This document shows positions 1 to 12,300 of a DNA stretch of 64,000 bases, piece by piece. The position numbers were made by a program, and so were the translations under genes. Origin of the DNA: Lama guanicoe. Lineage: Eukaryota. Positions within the stretch are counted from its first letter, which is position 1; every line of letters starts with the position of its first letter. The DNA lies in contig MU057202.1 of NCBI GenBank assembly GCA_013239625.1, positions 3,423,101 through 3,487,100 on the forward strand, read 5' to 3'. The notes below the pieces were generated by a model that saw nothing but the letters and a program-made list of their open reading frames with translations, made no database searches and had not been told where the DNA came from.

Positions 1-128
1 GCGCCAGGGATGGATGCACACCCGTGGGCCTTGAGCAGGACGGTCCGGTGACCCGACTCCAGCCCTCTGCTCTGAATGCTGGCTGAAGAAACGCATGGGT
101 CCAGGACACAAGAGATGCTTTGAAATGT

Positions 129-134
129 TTTATT
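129..134 (-). terminator. RNF166: Probable RNF166 polyadenylation signal AATAAA
   Basis: tttatt at 129-134 is AATAAA on the minus strand, in an AT-rich patch ~830 nt past the stop codon. Confidence 0.7.
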
Positions 135-959
135 TAAATTTTTTTTAAAAGACAGAAATAACTTATGCCATGAACGAAACGGGAGCACTGACGAGCGTTT
201 TCTGGCCCGACCCGCCGCTGCCCAGGCCGCTGCGCCCCGCCACCACGGAGGCGGGCCTGCCGAGGGAGGGGGACACATGGTCAGCTTTGGGACAGTGACA
301 GCGGGGCCGAGGCCAGGAGCAGACCAGCTCCACCCCGAGTGGCTGGACACTGGGCTTTCTTCTGGTTGTTACCACAGGGAGATGTCGCAGTGACCGAGGC
401 TCGTGGCCGCCTCGGCCCTGCACACAGCGAGACCCTGCTCATTCCTGCGATTGTTCACTTCTGATTGTTTTTTAAAAAATATAATTTTGTAAACGTCCCA
501 TAAAAATACTATTGTTCCCAGTCAAACACGGAGATTGCAGCATGAAGAGTGACTGCTTTATCTTTGTTCTAAAAATGTGAGAAGGTCATCGCGCTGGATG
601 ATGTAGAAAAGTGCCAGGACCTCGAGGGACCGCAGAGGCCAGTACCGAGTGCGGGGGGCAGCGGGCCAGGGCTGGGCCGGGTGCCCCTCCGCGCGTCCCT
701 GCTCGGCGGCAAGGCCCCAACAGTCCTCCCGGCAGCAGAGGACGGCATGGCTTTGAGACGCAGACAGCTGGCTGTGCTCAGTCCCGCGGCCGGTCCCGCG
801 AGGCCACCTGCTCAGCTCAAAGCACCGCAGAGCCAGCGACGCTTAGCAGAGCCCTGGCAGCCGGACGGCGGCCTCCCTTCCTGCCGCAGTGAGGCTCCAC
901 CGGCCCTCGAGGCTCCTTCCCTGTCCCTCCAGCAGGAGGGCTCGTCCAGGGCTGTGCCC

Positions 960-3900
960 TCAGTTCTCGGAGAGGGACAGGGCCAGGGCAGCCTGGAAGG
1001 CAGCTTCCTCATCGATGCTATAGTCCTGGAAGGCAAGGAGCCAGGCTGTGCTAGTGGCCTCTCAGGGCTTCCTCCCTGTCCCGTCACCTCCAACAGACCA
1101 ACACTGCCACATACAGGTCCCCGGCCCCCCTCCAGCCCTGCATGGTCACGGGGTCCCGGCGCCACCAGGCAGCCTCTCTGTGGGGACGGTGTCTGGCTTC
1201 CGCCGAGGTCTGTGCAGTGAGCTGCCCACAGACACCATGCCCAGTGACTGAGGGCTGAGTGGACGGTGTAGGGTGGACACATGGAACGAGAGGCTCAGGA
1301 ACAGGGTCTTGAGGCAAGTCGAGAAGCCAGAGCTCCCCATGGCCTCCAGTCATTAGGACCAGGCACAGATGGGGGGGTGCTGACCCTACGGGCCCGGAGG
1401 CTGGTTGGGGTGGGAGTCAGGCCAGGCCGTACAGCAGGGGCGGGTCTGTGGGCCAGAGGCCATGGGCACAGAGGAAGAGCCGAGGTCTTCGAGGCAACAG
1501 GAGTCTGGTGGAACCTTCTCTACCAGGCCCCAGAGGGAACGCATCCCCTCTAGAGGGGTGTCTGTCCTGAGGCCCCATGCACAGCTGGGGAGATGGGGCC
1601 CCTGTGGTGGTGCCTCTCCCAGAGAACGGCCCCAGGTGAGGTGAGCTCGCTGGCCTGGCGCTGAGGGACCGCAGGACAGAGGGGTCCCCTGTGGGCCTGC
1701 TGTGAACAGACCCAGAGCCCCGGGGCCCCTAGTGGCCACATGGACCTGACTGCCGCCAGCACCCCCCCGCAGGCGGCTGCCACAGACGCTGCGGAGGGCG
1801 GGGGGGCACCCACCACGAAAGTGTCGTAGGAGAACTTGTGCCGGTGGAGCAGGTGCTGTAGGAAGTTGGCACTCTTGTAGCTGGGGTCGCCCCAGGGCAT
1901 GGCCGAGCAGACGGGGCACACCTGCAATGCAGCGGGCAAGGGTGAGCCCCGAGGGCCTGCGGCGGGCATGACTCCCTGCACCCCAGCAGGGGTCGGGGTG
2001 GGGGCTCACCACGCGGCTGGGGTCGCTGCGGTGGTTGTCCACACAGTGCTTCACCAGCTCCTGCTGGTCTAGGTTGCGGGCGCCGCAGTACGGGCAGGCG
2101 AAGGTGGACCTGTTGGGCACGGCACTGGGGCGGGGCGGGGTCAGCGCAGTGCCCCCCCCCCCAACACCCCGCCGGCCCCCCCCCCCTGGGGNNNNNNNNN
2201 NNNNNNNNNNNNNNNNNNNNNNNNNNNNNNNNNNNNNNNNNNNNNNNNNNNNNNNNNNNNNNNNNNNNNNNNNNNNNNNNNNNNNNNNNNNNNNNNNNNN
2301 GTGCCCCCCCCCCAACAGCCCGGCCGGCCCGCCCTCCTCGGCGCGCCCCACTGCAGCCCCCACCTAGTCACCTCCTGGCCCCTCTCCTTCCCAGACGTGG
2401 CTGGGCCAGTGGCAGAGGCCGGCCCTCCTGCCTCCTGCCCTGAGAGGAAGTGTCTATCCAGTCCTGGCCTGTCTGCGGACCACACTCCCCTGCTGGGAGG
2501 TGACCGTGGGCCTGGCCTGGGCCCTCCTGGGTCTCCTATGTGCAGGCGGTGATCCCCCCCACAGAGGGGACATGGCAGCCCTCCCATCTTCCCCTTGACG
2601 TTGGCCAGGAGCTGCCCCACAAAGGGTGGAGACTCTGGGCGCCAGGCGAGGCGGCCTACCTGGGAATGGGCTGGGACGTGGGCACCACGGGGACGAACTT
2701 CGGACAGTTGGCCATCTGCTCCTGAACCTTCACGCAGGAGGAAATGTGCACCCTCATCTTCGCCAGCGTCACCTAGGATGAGGATGCGGAGGAGAGAAGG
2801 GGTCAGGCAGTGGAGGACAAGAGCCGCTGGCAGCGAGCTAGGCTGGTCCAGCTCCTGACACCTGAGCCAGCAGTGCTGCGTAAGTGGGTTCTGGAGGCTC
2901 CCTTGGGGGCCGAGCACCCCTGCTGGAGAAGACACACCAGGAGAAGGGGACTCCAGATCCCAGACGCACCACTGAGCTGCACCAGAAGCTGGTGCTCACA
3001 GTTCTCAGCTGCAGCCATGCAGGGGGCAGTCGGCCACCAGCCACTAGATGGGAGCAGCCCTGCTGTGGTCCCTGGGGAGCTGCGGAAGGGAGGGGCAGCT
3101 CACGAGGGACCAGGGAGAGTGTTTATTTGGGAAAAAATACCCTAGTAACGGGAGCCAACAGGCAAGGTCCTTGTAGACAGTCAAACTCCTTACCAAGAGG
3201 TAGAAAACCAAATAAAACAGGACCTTCTCGGCCGCCACTCTGGCTGAAGGTGGGACCATCTCAGACCAGCACAGGGAAGGGGCACTGGCTCCCGTGAGCA
3301 GACAGGGAGCCAGGAGGTAGGACAGGCCCGGTCAGCCCTCCCTGGGGAGTGGGCGCCACTGATCCTGCCAGGTGAAGGTGCTGAGAGGCCGGGGGCAGAC
3401 ACCTCACTAGCAGGAAGCCGGTTCATAGAACCAAGGAAGCAGTGAGGGGCTGAGCCAGGCATCTGGGTTACAGGAGGAGGCCCTGCTGGCACAGGGCTGG
3501 GCACCAGGTGAGGCCTGCCCCTCGGCCTGCACACCTGGGCAGAACCACAGCACTGAGGCCGTGGGCAGGGCCCCCTCACACAGGAACCTGGTCTGTTCTC
3601 CCACCAGGAGGGGGCAGCACCGGAGCTCAAAGGAGGCCCAGGGCAGCCCCTGGACAATCAGATCTTTGACCTTGAGGACTGAGCAACCAGGGGCTGCTTC
3701 CTATGTGGTAAGACGGTAGAACTCGTTAACCCGAGAGATGGTGAAATCTGAAAGCTAAGTTCAAACTCTATTCCTGGGCTGGGTCCAGCGGGAGGCAGTG
3801 CATCCACCCGGAGGGAGCAGTGAGGTGGGGGGGCTCTGCTGCCGGAGGGAACAGCCTCCCAGTTCTGCCCGCGGCCCCACCTGCTGTCCCCACCGCCCTC

Positions 3901-6900
3901 CCCTCTGGCATCACCTGCAGGGGGCAGGTCACTTGGGTGTCCAGGGTGGGCTTCAGCTCAGCACCTAGGCTAGGCCCACCCAGTGTGGGGGAAGGCCCGC
4001 CAGAAGCCAGGGGAGTGGCCAGTTGCTCAACAGGAAGGGAGGCACGCACCTAGTTCCTCGTGCTGGTGAGCGGAACCCGGTCAGAGCGGCCCCATCCAGC
4101 CCTTCCCGCCAGGGGCCTGGGGCTGGGGGGTACCTTCTTATTGCAGCCCCGGCAGGGCGCCTTGCAGGATGAGAGCTGCTTCTCCACGTGGGTGGCCTTG
4201 TCCACCTTCTTGGGGTCGAAGGGCAGGCGGCAGAGCGGGCACAGGGGGGACGGCACCTGCAGGCAGGGCTGGAGGCACTCCCCGCAGAACCTGTAGGGGC
4301 GGGACATGGGCCTGAGGGCTGCGGCTCACTCTGGCAGCGGTCACTCTGCCTGAGTCCTGCTGGCTGGTCAGACGCCATCTGGCTAAAAGGTGACCCCAGG
4401 TCCCCACCGAGCTGTGGGCTTTGAGACCCCGGCTGGACCCTGCGATGCAGGCCGAGCTGTGGCTGTGGCTCCCCAGGTCCCGAGCTGGCCCCACAGCCCT
4501 GTGCCAGCAGCAGCTCTCGCTGCAGAAGGTGGCCCAGGGCTCAGCCTACCAGTCTCACTGCCACGTGGTGATGACACCACCTCAGGGGGCTCCAGGACAG
4601 CATGGGGGACCCTGGAGACCCTCCACCTACTAAGCTCTGGCAAGTAAAATCACTAACAGTGGCAAGAGAGGAAACCACAGGGCCCCAGGGCTGCGGACTC
4701 ATTGGATGAGGCAGGGCCAAAGTTGGCCGGGTGAGTGCCACCAACCTGGGGACAGTGCCCTCGCCCCACTCAAGAAGGGCTCTGGCTTGGCCAGAGCAGA
4801 GGCATGGTGACAGAAGGGGTGGTGCCCGGGCCCCCCTGCCCCGGCTCCATTTGGCCCTGTCCCTGGAGATGTTGTGTCATGAGGGACGAGGGTAAATGAG
4901 GGAACAGGATCTCCCTAAAGCCGTTTGGTGAGGCCCAGGAGTGCACTTGGGACAAGCCATTGTGGGCCTCGGGTTGGGGCGCAGGGTGCCCCAGTGGGAG
5001 GAGACAGAAAAGCTTGATGTCTCGAGAAGCAACACAGCCCTGCCTGACCTAGCCTCCTGGCCCACCCGCAGGTCTCGTGTCCCTCCCTGAGTAGATGGAG
5101 GCGGGATCAGGTGTCCACGCAGCACCTGGCCTGCGGCCTAGTTTCCAGCACCACCTCGCTGGCCCCCAACGCCCGCCGGCCCCAGGGGCCGGCGCCAAGC
5201 AGCTTTTCAGCTGGAGGCCCACGGGCACCGCCAACACACCTCACTCTTGGCCCAGCCTCCTACATGCGCAGCTGCACCAGTGACCTGGGAAAGCTGGCAG
5301 GCTGGGCGGTGCCTGGAGCCATCCTGAGCCTTTTCTGGGAGGGCTTCTAATCGCTCATGTCCTGGCCCCCTGTCTCGGCTCACTCAGGCACAGACACAGG
5401 TGAGCCGCCCATGGGCCCAGGCCTCTCAGGAAGCAGAGTGCAGTGACAGAGGCCCGGGATCCTGAGCACAGAAGCCAGCTCACTGGCCTGACTGCAGCCC
5501 GGCAGGGGGCTGGAAACGCTCTGCTGCAGGAGCGTGGGGAGCTAAGGGGTGGGCACAGCTGCTGAAGGTGACGAGGGGAGACTGGCCAGGGCCTGGCAGC
5601 CTTGCCAGGACGCGTGGGAATTCCACTCAGACTCTCTGATCCCATTTTCCTTGTACAAAAAGAATCATGTAGCATCTGCCTCCCAGGACCTCTGAACAGG
5701 GAGGATTCAGAAAACGTCTGTTATCACTGTTCCCAACAGGTCCCCTTAAACATGAGCATCTTAATGTTCTTCAACCTCTGTTCATTAACAGACAGCATGA
5801 GGGGACACTCAGGCGGGGAGACAGATGTGACACGCTGACCAGAGAGAATGACACAAGAGGTGCAGAAGCCGGAGGCAGCCAGGATAAAGCCGCAGCCAGG
5901 ACAGAGCCCCACCCCAAACATACACTGGCCCTCGGGGGAGGCTTCCTCAGAGGGTTAAAAACAGCTGGGTAGCGTCTGGTTCTGGATGTGGCTCACTGCC
6001 CAGGGTGTCCCCTGACTGTGACAGTTAACTGGCTCCCTCTGGGGCCCTGGGGAGTTCCTGGGAGCGCTTTTACAATACCTACCAGTGGCCTCCTGCCAGA
6101 AAGCCCTCCCTACAACCTGGCCCCTCTGCCTGGTGCTGGAGCAGAAGTGCCGGTCCCGGACAGGGCTGCTCTCACCATCAGAAAACGTGTCTTGTGGAAA
6201 GAAACTGCTTCCAGTCAGAGAGCCATGGAGGGACAGAATCAGGCCACCAGTAAACCTTGTAAAAGGAGAGGCACGACCCTCGGAGTCTTTTTTTGTTCAT
6301 CTGTGCACATGCCTTTGAAACACTGGACAAGAAACTTAGGGAAAGTGAAAGGCAGAGACAGAGCAGCCAGGAGGTTTGTTTACGCCTGCAGGTAGAACCA
6401 GGGAGAAGGTCTTTTTAAGGGAGAAGCTGAAGAGGTTCCTCCAGAACTAACCTTAGAAACGGAAAGAGAGGTGTCAGATTCTGCCAAGAAAAGCATGGGG
6501 CGGGGGGTTTGTAGATCAAGCTTTCACAACAACTTCTGTAGTTCTGTAATCTGAAAACCACCTTTTAAGAAAAGACTGATTTGGAAAAAAAGGGAGAGAA
6601 AACAGATTTGTGCTGACCAGGAGACCCGAAACACCACATTCCGGGGCTGGGGGAGTGTTGGTACCAACCCAAAGCCTCGGAAAGGCTTTCTAAAAGCAGG
6701 CCTGGGACATGCCCTACACGTCTCTCAATGATAGGCTGGAAGATGCTAAACATACCTTAAAACACCCACTTACAAGAGAGAAGTGTTGTTCAGAGGCCAC
6801 CCCTGCCGAAAGGTCACGAACAGCACGAGAAAGCAGGCAAAGCACCCTTGAGGCAGTCTCCCGGTGTGGGCACGTGCCTGGGCTGCTTGTCGGCACGTGT

Positions 6901-8015
6901 GTGTATGTGTGCACGCGTGTGTGCGCTTCCCGGCTCCGGACACCATCCCTGCTGCCTCCCTGGGTGATGAGCGTTACACACACACCCAAGCAGTTCCAAC
7001 TCCCTGCTCCCTCTTTGTATCAGGAACCTCGTAGGTCAGATACCTCTGTTTGCAAAATGTTCCAGGGCCTCCTACCAGCCTGGGTGCACCTCGGCCCCAC
7101 CTCCTCCGCAGCGCTGCTGGCATCCAAGCCCTCCTGCCCCCTCTCTCCACCCTGCTAATTTCACTCAAGAGCTGTATTATTCAGCGCTAGGGAGAGTTGC
7201 AGAGCAGACACTCTGATCTCGGCCTCCTCCCAACCAGGCTGGCAGCTCCCAGACTTGAGTGAAGCTCTTGGCTAGGAGAAGAGCCACATCCTCATGAGTC
7301 TGTTCCTGAAACAACCCAGCCATGGCACAGATGGAAACCCTAGCAAGGTGTGTGGCTTCTGGTATCCCGAGGGCCAGCCTGCCTGCTTGCTCAGTGACCG
7401 ATGTGATCCAAGTTCTCCATCAAAACAAAATAGCACCAGACTTCAAACAAGCCGATGTCTAAACTTTAGGGAACTTCTCTCCTCTGCAGTCAAGACAAGC
7501 AGACAGCGGATTCGAAAAAGAGTTGACAGCAAAAGTCACAAGTCATTTATTTACCTCTGCCCACTCAGTCTCCACGAAATCAGATCGAAGGCAACCGGCG
7601 CAGAGGTCGCGCCCGCTGCCCTCTGAGTCCCCAGGGAGGCCCGCCGAGGCCGTCAACGGCCCCCGGGCACCGGAGACCGGGCAAGGCTGCAGATCGGCCC
7701 CATATGCCGACCTGGGGGTCGGATCGAATACCCGGGGCGGGCGGGCAGGAGGCTGGGCTGAGGCGGATGGATGCAGAAAAGGCGCTGCGTGGGGAGTCTG
7801 CAGAGCCCTTCCCCGCGGCGGCGCCCGACCCCGCGGCCTCCCGGAGGCCGGCGCACTCACGTGTGGCCGCAGCTGCCGATGGCCACCGGCCGGTGGTAGA
7901 CCTCCAGGCAGATGGGGCAGCTGTACTGCGCCTCCAGGCCGCTGTCACCGCCCGCGGGCCCGCCGGGCGGCTGCCGCTGCTGAGCCGAGGCCACCAGGCT
8001 GCGGAACATCGCCAT
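960..8015 (-). CDS. RNF166: RING finger protein 166 (RING-HC, C2HC and C2H2 zinc fingers, C-terminal UIM; E3 ubiquitin ligase), 6 coding exons, 237 aa
   Basis: Exons (minus): 8015-7861, 4290-4134, 2772-2660, 2124-2010, 1921-1814, 1025-960. All GT-AG, 714 nt, in frame. Translation [17 protein letters not shown]...[29 protein letters not shown]...[18 protein letters not shown]...[21 protein letters not shown] matches RNF166 as recalled. Confidence 0.97.
2192..2300. other. Assembly gap (109 N) in RNF166 intron 3
   Basis: Run of n flanked by poly-C tracts. No coding exon appears lost, because exons 3 and 4 join in frame. Confidence 0.99.
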
Positions 8016-9330
8016 CCCGGGCCCGGTCCGCGCCGCCGCCCCTGTCCTGTCCTGGCCCGGCCCGGCCCGGCCCGGCCTGCGTGTAACGGCCGCGACGGCG
8101 CGGGGTTGACGTAACGAGCGCCCGCCCCCGGCCCGCGCGTCACGGCCGCGCCGGCTCCTCGGTGACGTAGTCAGGGAGCGCCGGCCGTCGGCTCGTGCGT
8201 CACGGCCAGGCCGGCGCCTCGGTGGCATAGTCAGGAAGCGCTGGTGTCTCTGTGACGTAGTCAGGAAGCTCCCGCCTCTGGCCCTTATGTCACTGAGTAC
8301 CGGCGCATCTGTGACGTTGCCAGCGAGCGCTCGCCGGCGGCCCAAGCTTCACAGAATTCCGAAGCCTCTGTGACGTAATCAGGTTCACCGGCGTCTCAGT
8401 GACGTAATCAGGGAGCAGCGGTACATCTGTGACGTAGCCAGGGGCGCCGGCGTCTTAGTGATGCAATCAGCGAGCACTCTCCCCCGTGCGTCACGGGTTG
8501 CCGGCGCCTCTGTGACGTATACACCGAGCGCCGGCGCGCCTTTGATGTATTCAGAGAGCCCGCCCCGCCCTTGTGTCATGGGATTCTGGCACTTCTGTGA
8601 CGTATTCAGGGAGCGCCGGCGTCTCAGTGACGCAACAAAAGAGCGCCTGCCCCCTAGTCCCCGGCGCCGCTGTGACGTAATCAGGGAGCGCCCGCCCCGG
8701 CCCGTGCATGAGTCTCCGGCGCTTCGGTGATGTAATCAGGCAGCGCTGGTGTCCCTGTCAGGTAGCCTGGAAGCACCCGTCCCCCGGTCCGTGCGTCACG
8801 GCGTGCCGGCGCCTCTGTGACGCAATCAGGGAGCGCCAGTACCTCTGTGACGTAGTCAGCGGCCGTCCATCCCCGGCCGTGCGTCACGGGGCTCCGGCGA
8901 TTCGGTGACGTAGTCAGGGAGCGCCCGCCCCTGGCCTGTGCCTCACGTGGCGCCGGCGCCTCAGTGACGCAGTCAGGGTGCGCTCCGCCGCCGCGTACAG
9001 AGTAAGCCGGCGCAACCATGTGCGAGGTGGGCGAGGACTACCGTGCGTCCGCGCCCGAGGAGCCGCCGCTGACACGACCCGGGTAAGAGCTGGGCGGCCG
9101 TTCCCGCCGGCGGCGAGCCCTGTCTCGAGGGTCCAGCCCGCGTTTTTCCGTCAGTCCCGGGGGCCGCGCTCCGGGAAGCCCGGGTAACCCCGAGGGCGGG
9201 GCCCAGGAGCCCTGGAGTCTCAAGGCGGGGGCTGGACCTCGCTCCGCAGCACCCAGGGAGTGTCTGTCAAGCCAGCGGTGAAGCCCCAGGAAGGAGCTCC
9301 ATCTGCGCGCTTGCACCTCCAATTCGTGTA
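7600..9330. promoter_or_regulatory. CpG island / bidirectional promoter shared by RNF166 and CTU2
   Basis: Dense CpG and GC boxes (cccgcccc). Head-to-head start codons at 8015 (-) and 9018 (+). Boundaries approximate. Confidence 0.9.
8105..8980. repeat. Degenerate tandem repeat, ~29-30-bp period (unit like CCGGCGCCTCTGTGACGTAATCAGGGAGCG alternating with CCCGCCCCCGGCCCGTGCGTCACGG)
   Basis: TGACG at 8107, 8163, 8253, 8312, 8371, 8400, 8430, 8513, 8598, 8628, 8673, 8818, 8848, 8906, 8965. CGTCA at 8138, 8198, 8489, 8794, 8882. Spacings are mostly 29-30 or 54-61 bp once degenerate copies are counted. Confidence 0.9.
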
Positions 9331-12300
9331 GCCAGTGGGGCAGGTCCGCCGCTGACCAAGCTGTCTACTCTTACAGGAAAGTCGGCCTTTTTGTCGCTTC
9401 CACTCGCTGGCTCCATTCCTCTCCAGGGTCGCACAGAGCAAGTTATCTCTTGTTGTCTCGGCCCTTGAGAAACTGAGTTGGTCTTTACGTGCCCACTGAG
9501 CCAACTTTAACAGGCTGTAGTCTTCCTAGGGCCTTGGTTTTTCCTCACAGTGGTAGTGTAGATAAGTTACAAGCCCTGGTTTGTGTGGTGCAGCCTGCCA
9601 TATGATCTCTCTAGTACACCAGCGTGGGGTGGAAAACAGGCCACCGTGTGCCTGACGCCCCTGGGAGGGGGTGTAATCTGTGTTCTTGTTCTCTTCCCCT
9701 CATGTCTCCAAAGCCGTGAGCAGAAGTGTGTGAAGTGCAAGGAAGGCCCACCTGTGGTGGTGATTCGAGCAGGAGATGCCTTCTGCAGGTGAGGCCTGGC
9801 GTGAGGAGACCCAGCAAACGCAGCCTCATTCAGCAGCCACAACTGCCACGGTTTCTGTGGCTTTGTTTCTTGCCTTTGAAAGCGTCTCGTCACCTTGCCC
9901 TTGCTTGTAACGTTCTGGTGCTGTGTGTGTGGAGGGGGATTGGTTTCCTGATCGGCTTTCTGAGTACCACTACATCGTCGAGCTGTGCCACAGGTGACAG
10001 GAAGACACTGATGAAGCTCATGGGGAGAGTTGGGAGTGAAAGTGGTCTGTGGTGCAGGCGAGGTGAGCTTTTCTGGGGCAGCTGGAACACATCAAGGGCA
10101 GATTAGAGCGTCCTGGCGTCTCTGGCAGGCGCTCCAGGTGATACCTGTTTTACTTGTGAGAGATGGTGGGGTGGAAGGAGGGCCCCAGCCTCCCCTCGCT
10201 CTGGGGGCCTCTGGACAGGAGCAGAGAGGCCTGTTCCCAGAGACGCCTGGGCGTGAGCGTGTTCCATTATATCTGAAGCGCTCTTGTGGCCCTGTGAGAT
10301 GCCTTTGAATCCTAACTCGGCCAGTGTCTGAGCACGTTCACTGGCTCATAGCTCCCCGAGGGCAGGGCCCGTCTCCGGTTTTATCCCTGTTCCTGGTGGC
10401 ACTGCAGGCTCTGTTACAGCATTGAGTACTTCGTGAGTGAGCAACTGGCTCACGTTTTAAATTGGTCTCCAAGAGTATTGGATTCTGTTTTGTGGATGTT
10501 TCCCGAAGAGAAACTGAAAGGACTGAATAAGTTGTCTTCCCAAAACTTTCTGGTCTCTGCCCACCTCTTAGGTGTCCAGTGAGCTTGGTGTGTGTCTCCA
10601 GGATACATTTTAAGCAAAAAAGCCACTGCTTTAACCACTTAAGAGCATCTAGAAATGTCGATCTTTGCAGTCTGTTTCCAGGTCCACAGCCCCCCTGCCC
10701 GTGCTTGCTTGGTCCAGAGAAAAAGTGGGAAACTGGTCTGGGCAGCAGGAATCTAGGTTTTGAGCAGGTTTTCTCAGTGAAGGTGAGGGTCCTGGTCTCG
10801 CCTGACTTGCGGGAGAGAGTGGTCTCAGGAGTCCGGCAGGGCAGGGAGGATGCCGATGCAGCAGCCCCAGGGCCCCCGTGCATGCTGGGAGCACCTGTGT
10901 CTGCTGAAGGAGCCTACCCGGCCCTGACCTGGGAGTCACTCCTGTGGCTGGTCACCTGGGGCCCTGGCATTTTGCCGTTAGGCACTGAATTGAGTTACTG
11001 CACACAAAGGCCTGTTGGGTGTTTGGTGTTGGGGGACAGCATGTCTGGACAGGAAGCAGGAAGTAGACTTGGGGGTCCTGGGCAACGTTCTCCACCTTGG
11101 CTGCCTGCTGGGGTTGCTGGGAAACTTAAACCTGTGGGATCCTGGGCCTCACCTGACACACCCTGATGTTGCCGGCCTGAGTAATTCTGATGTGGGGCCA
11201 AGGCCAACAGCCTCTGACCTAGTCAGCTAGAAGGTTTACCAAGAATGCAGAGTCCCAGGCCCTGCCCTGGAAGTTGTCATCCTCTGTGTTTGTGGGAGCC
11301 TCCCAGGCATTTCTGGTCCAGATGGTCTCACCACACGAGAGGCCAGTGTGAGGCTTTAGGACACTCGTCGCTTGACCCCACAGCCTGCTCAGTGCTTGCC
11401 CTGTACCCCCAAAGGTGGTGTGCTTCCCTCTGGGGCTCCGGGACGGGGTCACCTGCTCTGCTTAGGGAAGGGTCGGGGTGGCCTTGCCCTGTATGAGCCT
11501 GTGTCCATCCGCCCATCTCTCCCACTAGCTGGCCCTTCCCCAGGGCTGCAGTGCAAGTGGTGCCTGGGCCCCCGGCCCCTCAGGCAGTGGTTCACACTGG
11601 TTACAATTGGGGGGGCGGGGACCTAAGCAGGCCTCCCCGTGTAGCATGGGGCTCCTTGTGGGGCAGCCACAGCTGGTGAGAACCCCTCAGCTTCAGATCT
11701 CCTCAGGGCTGAGACAGTGCTTTTGCTTGCTTACTCAGTGGAGGTATACTGGGGATTGAACCCAGAACCTCACGTGCGCTAGGTAGGCACTCTGCCGCTG
11801 AGCTGCACACTCCCTCCGAGACACTGCTTTTACAGCTGACTTTGCTGAAAGAAAACATTGCTTGGCAGAGCCTCGGGCTGCAGCCCCACACGTGGGGCCC
11901 AGCGCTTCCCTGTCCTGGTGGCAGCTGGTGGTCGAGGCCCTGTTGCCACAGCTCCTGGTGGTCTGTATTACAGGGACTGTTTCAAGGTGTTTTACGTCCA
12001 CAAGTTCAGGGCCATGCTTGGAAAGAACCGACTGATCTTTCCGGGAGAAAAGGTAGGGTATGGGGCACCTCTTCCTGCACGTGGCCTGTCCCAGCCACAC
12101 CCCTCCAGCCCCTCCCCTGCGCACACCTGTGGGTTATGGGGACGGACTCATGTCTGGGAGGGATGTCCATGGGCAGCGTGGGCCTTCATGTTGTGGGTGC
12201 AGCGTCTCCAGCGATATTCTGTCTCCCCCAGGTGCTCCTGGCATGGTCCGGGGGACCTTCGTCCAGCTCCATGGTCTGGCAGGTCCTGGAGGTGAGTCTC

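Noticed and set aside
2192-2300. Hidden exon in the N gap
   Set aside because: RNF166 exons 3 and 4 already join to give the expected 237-aa protein.
8016-8345. N-terminal extension of RNF166 suggested by ORF 7857-8345
   Set aside because: It starts at a non-ATG codon inside the promoter repeat. The recognisable protein starts at ATG 8015.
8105-8980. CRISPR-like array or repetitive protein (ORFs with PDYITEAP-like repeats)
   Set aside because: Units are degenerate and contiguous, with no unique spacers and no cas genes, in a mammalian promoter. The ORFs simply translate the repeat.
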